A DNA stretch of 64,000 nucleotides, taken from positions 160,001-224,000 of the forward strand of contig CBDANF010000002.1 in assembly GCA_965197475.1 (NCBI GenBank). The letters are read 5' to 3'. Under the pieces are notes generated by a model. That model did no database searches. It had not been told where the DNA came from and saw nothing but the letters and a program-made list of their open reading frames with translations. Position 1 is the stretch's first letter, and the number at the start of each line of letters is the position of its first letter. The translations under genes and the position numbers were made by a program. The DNA comes from Candidatus Poribacteria bacterium (lineage in GTDB: Bacteria > Poribacteria > WGA-4E > WGA-3G). Below, piece by piece: positions 62,072 to 64,000 of this stretch.

Positions 62072-62920
62072 ATGGCAGCAATAAAAACAGACCTTTATCT
62101 TGGAGATTGTTTAGAGGTCCTGTCCAATTTTGACACTGATTCATTTGACCTGATTGTAACTTCTCCTCCATACGCGGACCGGCGATCTAAAACTTATGGC
62201 GGAATCAATCCTAATGAATATGTGAATTGGTTTATACCTCGCGCTGAGCAATTTTTAAGGGTTCTCAAGCCATCCGGCACATTTATCCTGAACATCAAAG
62301 AGAAAGCTGTTAACGGAGAACGGCATACCTATGTTATTGAGTTGATACTTGAAATGAAAAAACAGGGATGGTTGTGGACAGAGGAGTTTATCTGGCACAA
62401 GAAAAACAGCTACCCGGGCAAGTGGCCGAATAGGTTCAGAGATTCTTGGGAAAGATGTATACAGTTTAACAAAACTAAGAAATTCAATATGTATCAGGAT
62501 GCGGTAATGGTGCCGATGGGTGACTGGGCAGAGAAAAGGTTGAAAAAGCTTAGTAAGACAGATCAAAGTCGAGATACGTCCAAAGTAGGGAGTGGATTTG
62601 GAAAGAACGTATCAAATTGGTTAGACCGAAAAATGGCGTATCCGACTAATGTTTTACATCTCGCAACGGAAACTGGAAATCGAAAACATAGTGCCGTTTT
62701 TCCGAAGACGTTACCTGAATGGTTCATCAAGTTGTTTACGAAAGAAAATGATTGGGTTCTTGATCCGTTTGCAGGTTCCGGAACGACTTGCCAGGTTGCC
62801 CAAATGTTGTTGAGAAATTCTGCTGGTATTGAAATTTTTCCGGAGTATTATCAAGTGGCAAAGGAGAATATTACGCCGACACAATATAAGATTGAGGGCA
62901 GCATATGTGCTACTGCTTGA
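62072..62920 (+). CDS. Beta-class DNA methyltransferase (likely N4-cytosine)
   Basis: GDCLEVL, TSPPY, HSAVFP, VLDPFAGSGTT. Confidence 0.92.
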   Translation: MAAIKTDLYLGDCLEVLSNFDTDSFDLIVTSPPYADRRSKTYGGINPNEYVNWFIPRAEQFLRVLKPSGTFILNIKEKAVNGERHTYVIELILEMKKQGWLWTEEFIWHKKNSYPGKWPNRFRDSWERCIQFNKTKKFNMYQDAVMVPMGDWAEKRLKKLSKTDQSRDTSKVGSGFGKNVSNWLDRKMAYPTNVLHLATETGNRKHSAVFPKTLPEWFIKLFTKENDWVLDPFAGSGTTCQVAQMLLRNSAGIEIFPEYYQVAKENITPTQYKIEGSICATA

Positions 62921-62966
62921 AGTTATGCGGACAAACTTTTGGCAGTTTATTTCTGATGACGGTAAC
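62905..62966 (+). pseudogene. Possible remnant of a type II restriction endonuclease C-terminus
   Basis: LKLCGQ, then after a 1-nt shift FWQFISDD, recalling a CGQxFWxFIS motif of PmeII-like REases. Confidence 0.4.
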
Positions 62967-63267
62967 ATACTTTGGGAAGAAATCGTTAAATTTAATTCCG
63001 CAAAGACTACATCTTGAATCTAATTCTAAATCCTGCTTGACACCTAATTATAATTCAACCTCCACCCAATCAAAACACTATCACCAAATCCCGCTAATTA
63101 TAATTCAATACTCGGCAAACGCGCCTGGACAGTTTCAATTTCGTTTATAGTATTCAGTATCTACAATAGGAATGCTTCCCAGAAATCACAAATTTTCTGG
63201 ACATGCAACAAATGCTATGCTATGCTAAATACTATATATCTTATAGACAATATGCTGAGGAGAAACT

Positions 63268-64000
63268 ATGGCTAACGAAGATTTTACCTCGAAAGTACCC
63301 CACTATACCTTCGCGGAAACATTGGAAGAACAGGAAGAACAGTTAAAGACAAATCCGTTAATGCAACGGTTGATCGCTTATCGGAAGACTTATGAAGGCG
63401 ACCCGCATCGCCCGATCTATCACTATATCAATCCGGAAGCGATGCTCAACGATCCGAACGGTCTTTGCTTTTGGCAAGGACGATGGCACCTCTTCTATCA
63501 AGCATATCCACTGGAAGATACACGTCAGCATTGGGGACACGCTGTTAGCGATGACCTTATCCACTGGCGCGATTTGCCTTATGCGATTTATCCGAACCCA
63601 GAACGCTGCTGTTTTTCCGGTTCAACCTATGTTGAAGAGGATCGCGTGATTGCCATGTATCACGGGACTGTTGTCGGTAATATGGTAGCAGTGTCAAGCG
63701 ACCCACTTCTTTTGAATTGGGAGAAGGTTTCTGGCAAAGCGGTGATACCCTCAAGACACGCTGATGGCACAAACCCTGTTTATCGTGTTTTCGATCCGTG
63801 TATTTGGAAAAAAGATGATATGTATTATTCGCTATCGGGTGGAACGTTACCACACGGTCCCGGTGGCAAACCTGTTCGAGCGAACTTTCTGCTCCGTTCA
63901 GCAGATCTGGCGAACTGGGTCTATTTGCACCCCTTCGTTGAAGATGATCAATACACGTTGGTAGGTGATGATGGTGCATGTCCGTATTTTTGGCCCATCG
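63268..64000 (+). CDS. Glycoside hydrolase family 32, 3' partial
   Basis: RBS GAGGAG; HRPIYH, NDPNG, WHLFYQ, WGHAVS.DL.HW, FSGS, FDP.IW. Confidence 0.9.
   Translation, partial: MANEDFTSKVPHYTFAETLEEQEEQLKTNPLMQRLIAYRKTYEGDPHRPIYHYINPEAMLNDPNGLCFWQGRWHLFYQAYPLEDTRQHWGHAVSDDLIHWRDLPYAIYPNPERCCFSGSTYVEEDRVIAMYHGTVVGNMVAVSSDPLLLNWEKVSGKAVIPSRHADGTNPVYRVFDPCIWKKDDMYYSLSGGTLPHGPGGKPVRANFLLRSADLANWVYLHPFVEDDQYTLVGDDGACPYFWPI

Noticed and set aside
1-64000. CRISPR array
   Set aside because: No regularly spaced direct repeats with unique spacers and no cas genes; the repeats are palindromic and dispersed.
1-64000. Genome-wide stop-codon reassignment (TAG or TGA)
   Set aside because: TAG and TGA end full-length genes here (e.g. 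mnmA with TAG, miaA and tkt with TGA).

Overview
64-kb bacterial chromosomal window, most likely Candidatus Poribacteria. This is inferred from five PhyH dioxygenases, LamG-like proteins ending in V[D/N]PxGKLATxWxxIK, a sulfatase/anSME pair and HEAT/TPR proteins; no marker gene confirms it. It holds about 55 genes: sugar-acid catabolism, transketolase, mnmA-miaA, PPK2, BatA, DUF4175, and a partial GH32. Main highlights: (1) a secreted UxC redoxin selenoprotein split by the ORF caller at an in-frame TGA, followed by a SECIS-like hairpin and coupled to a c-type cytochrome gene; (2) a translationally coupled DUF488-DUF488-[dual-OB/RecQ/3xHRDC fusion] operon, a candidate DNA-repair or defence system; (3) a lipoprotein with two tandem cytochrome P460-like domains; (4) a TPR gene interrupted by two in-frame TAG codons; (5) two restriction-modification loci; (6) nested MITE-like elements that carry REP palindromes and insert into them, one sharing its ends with a degraded IS5-like element in this window. 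No rRNA, tRNA or CRISPR array was seen. All family calls come from motif recognition by eye, not database searches.
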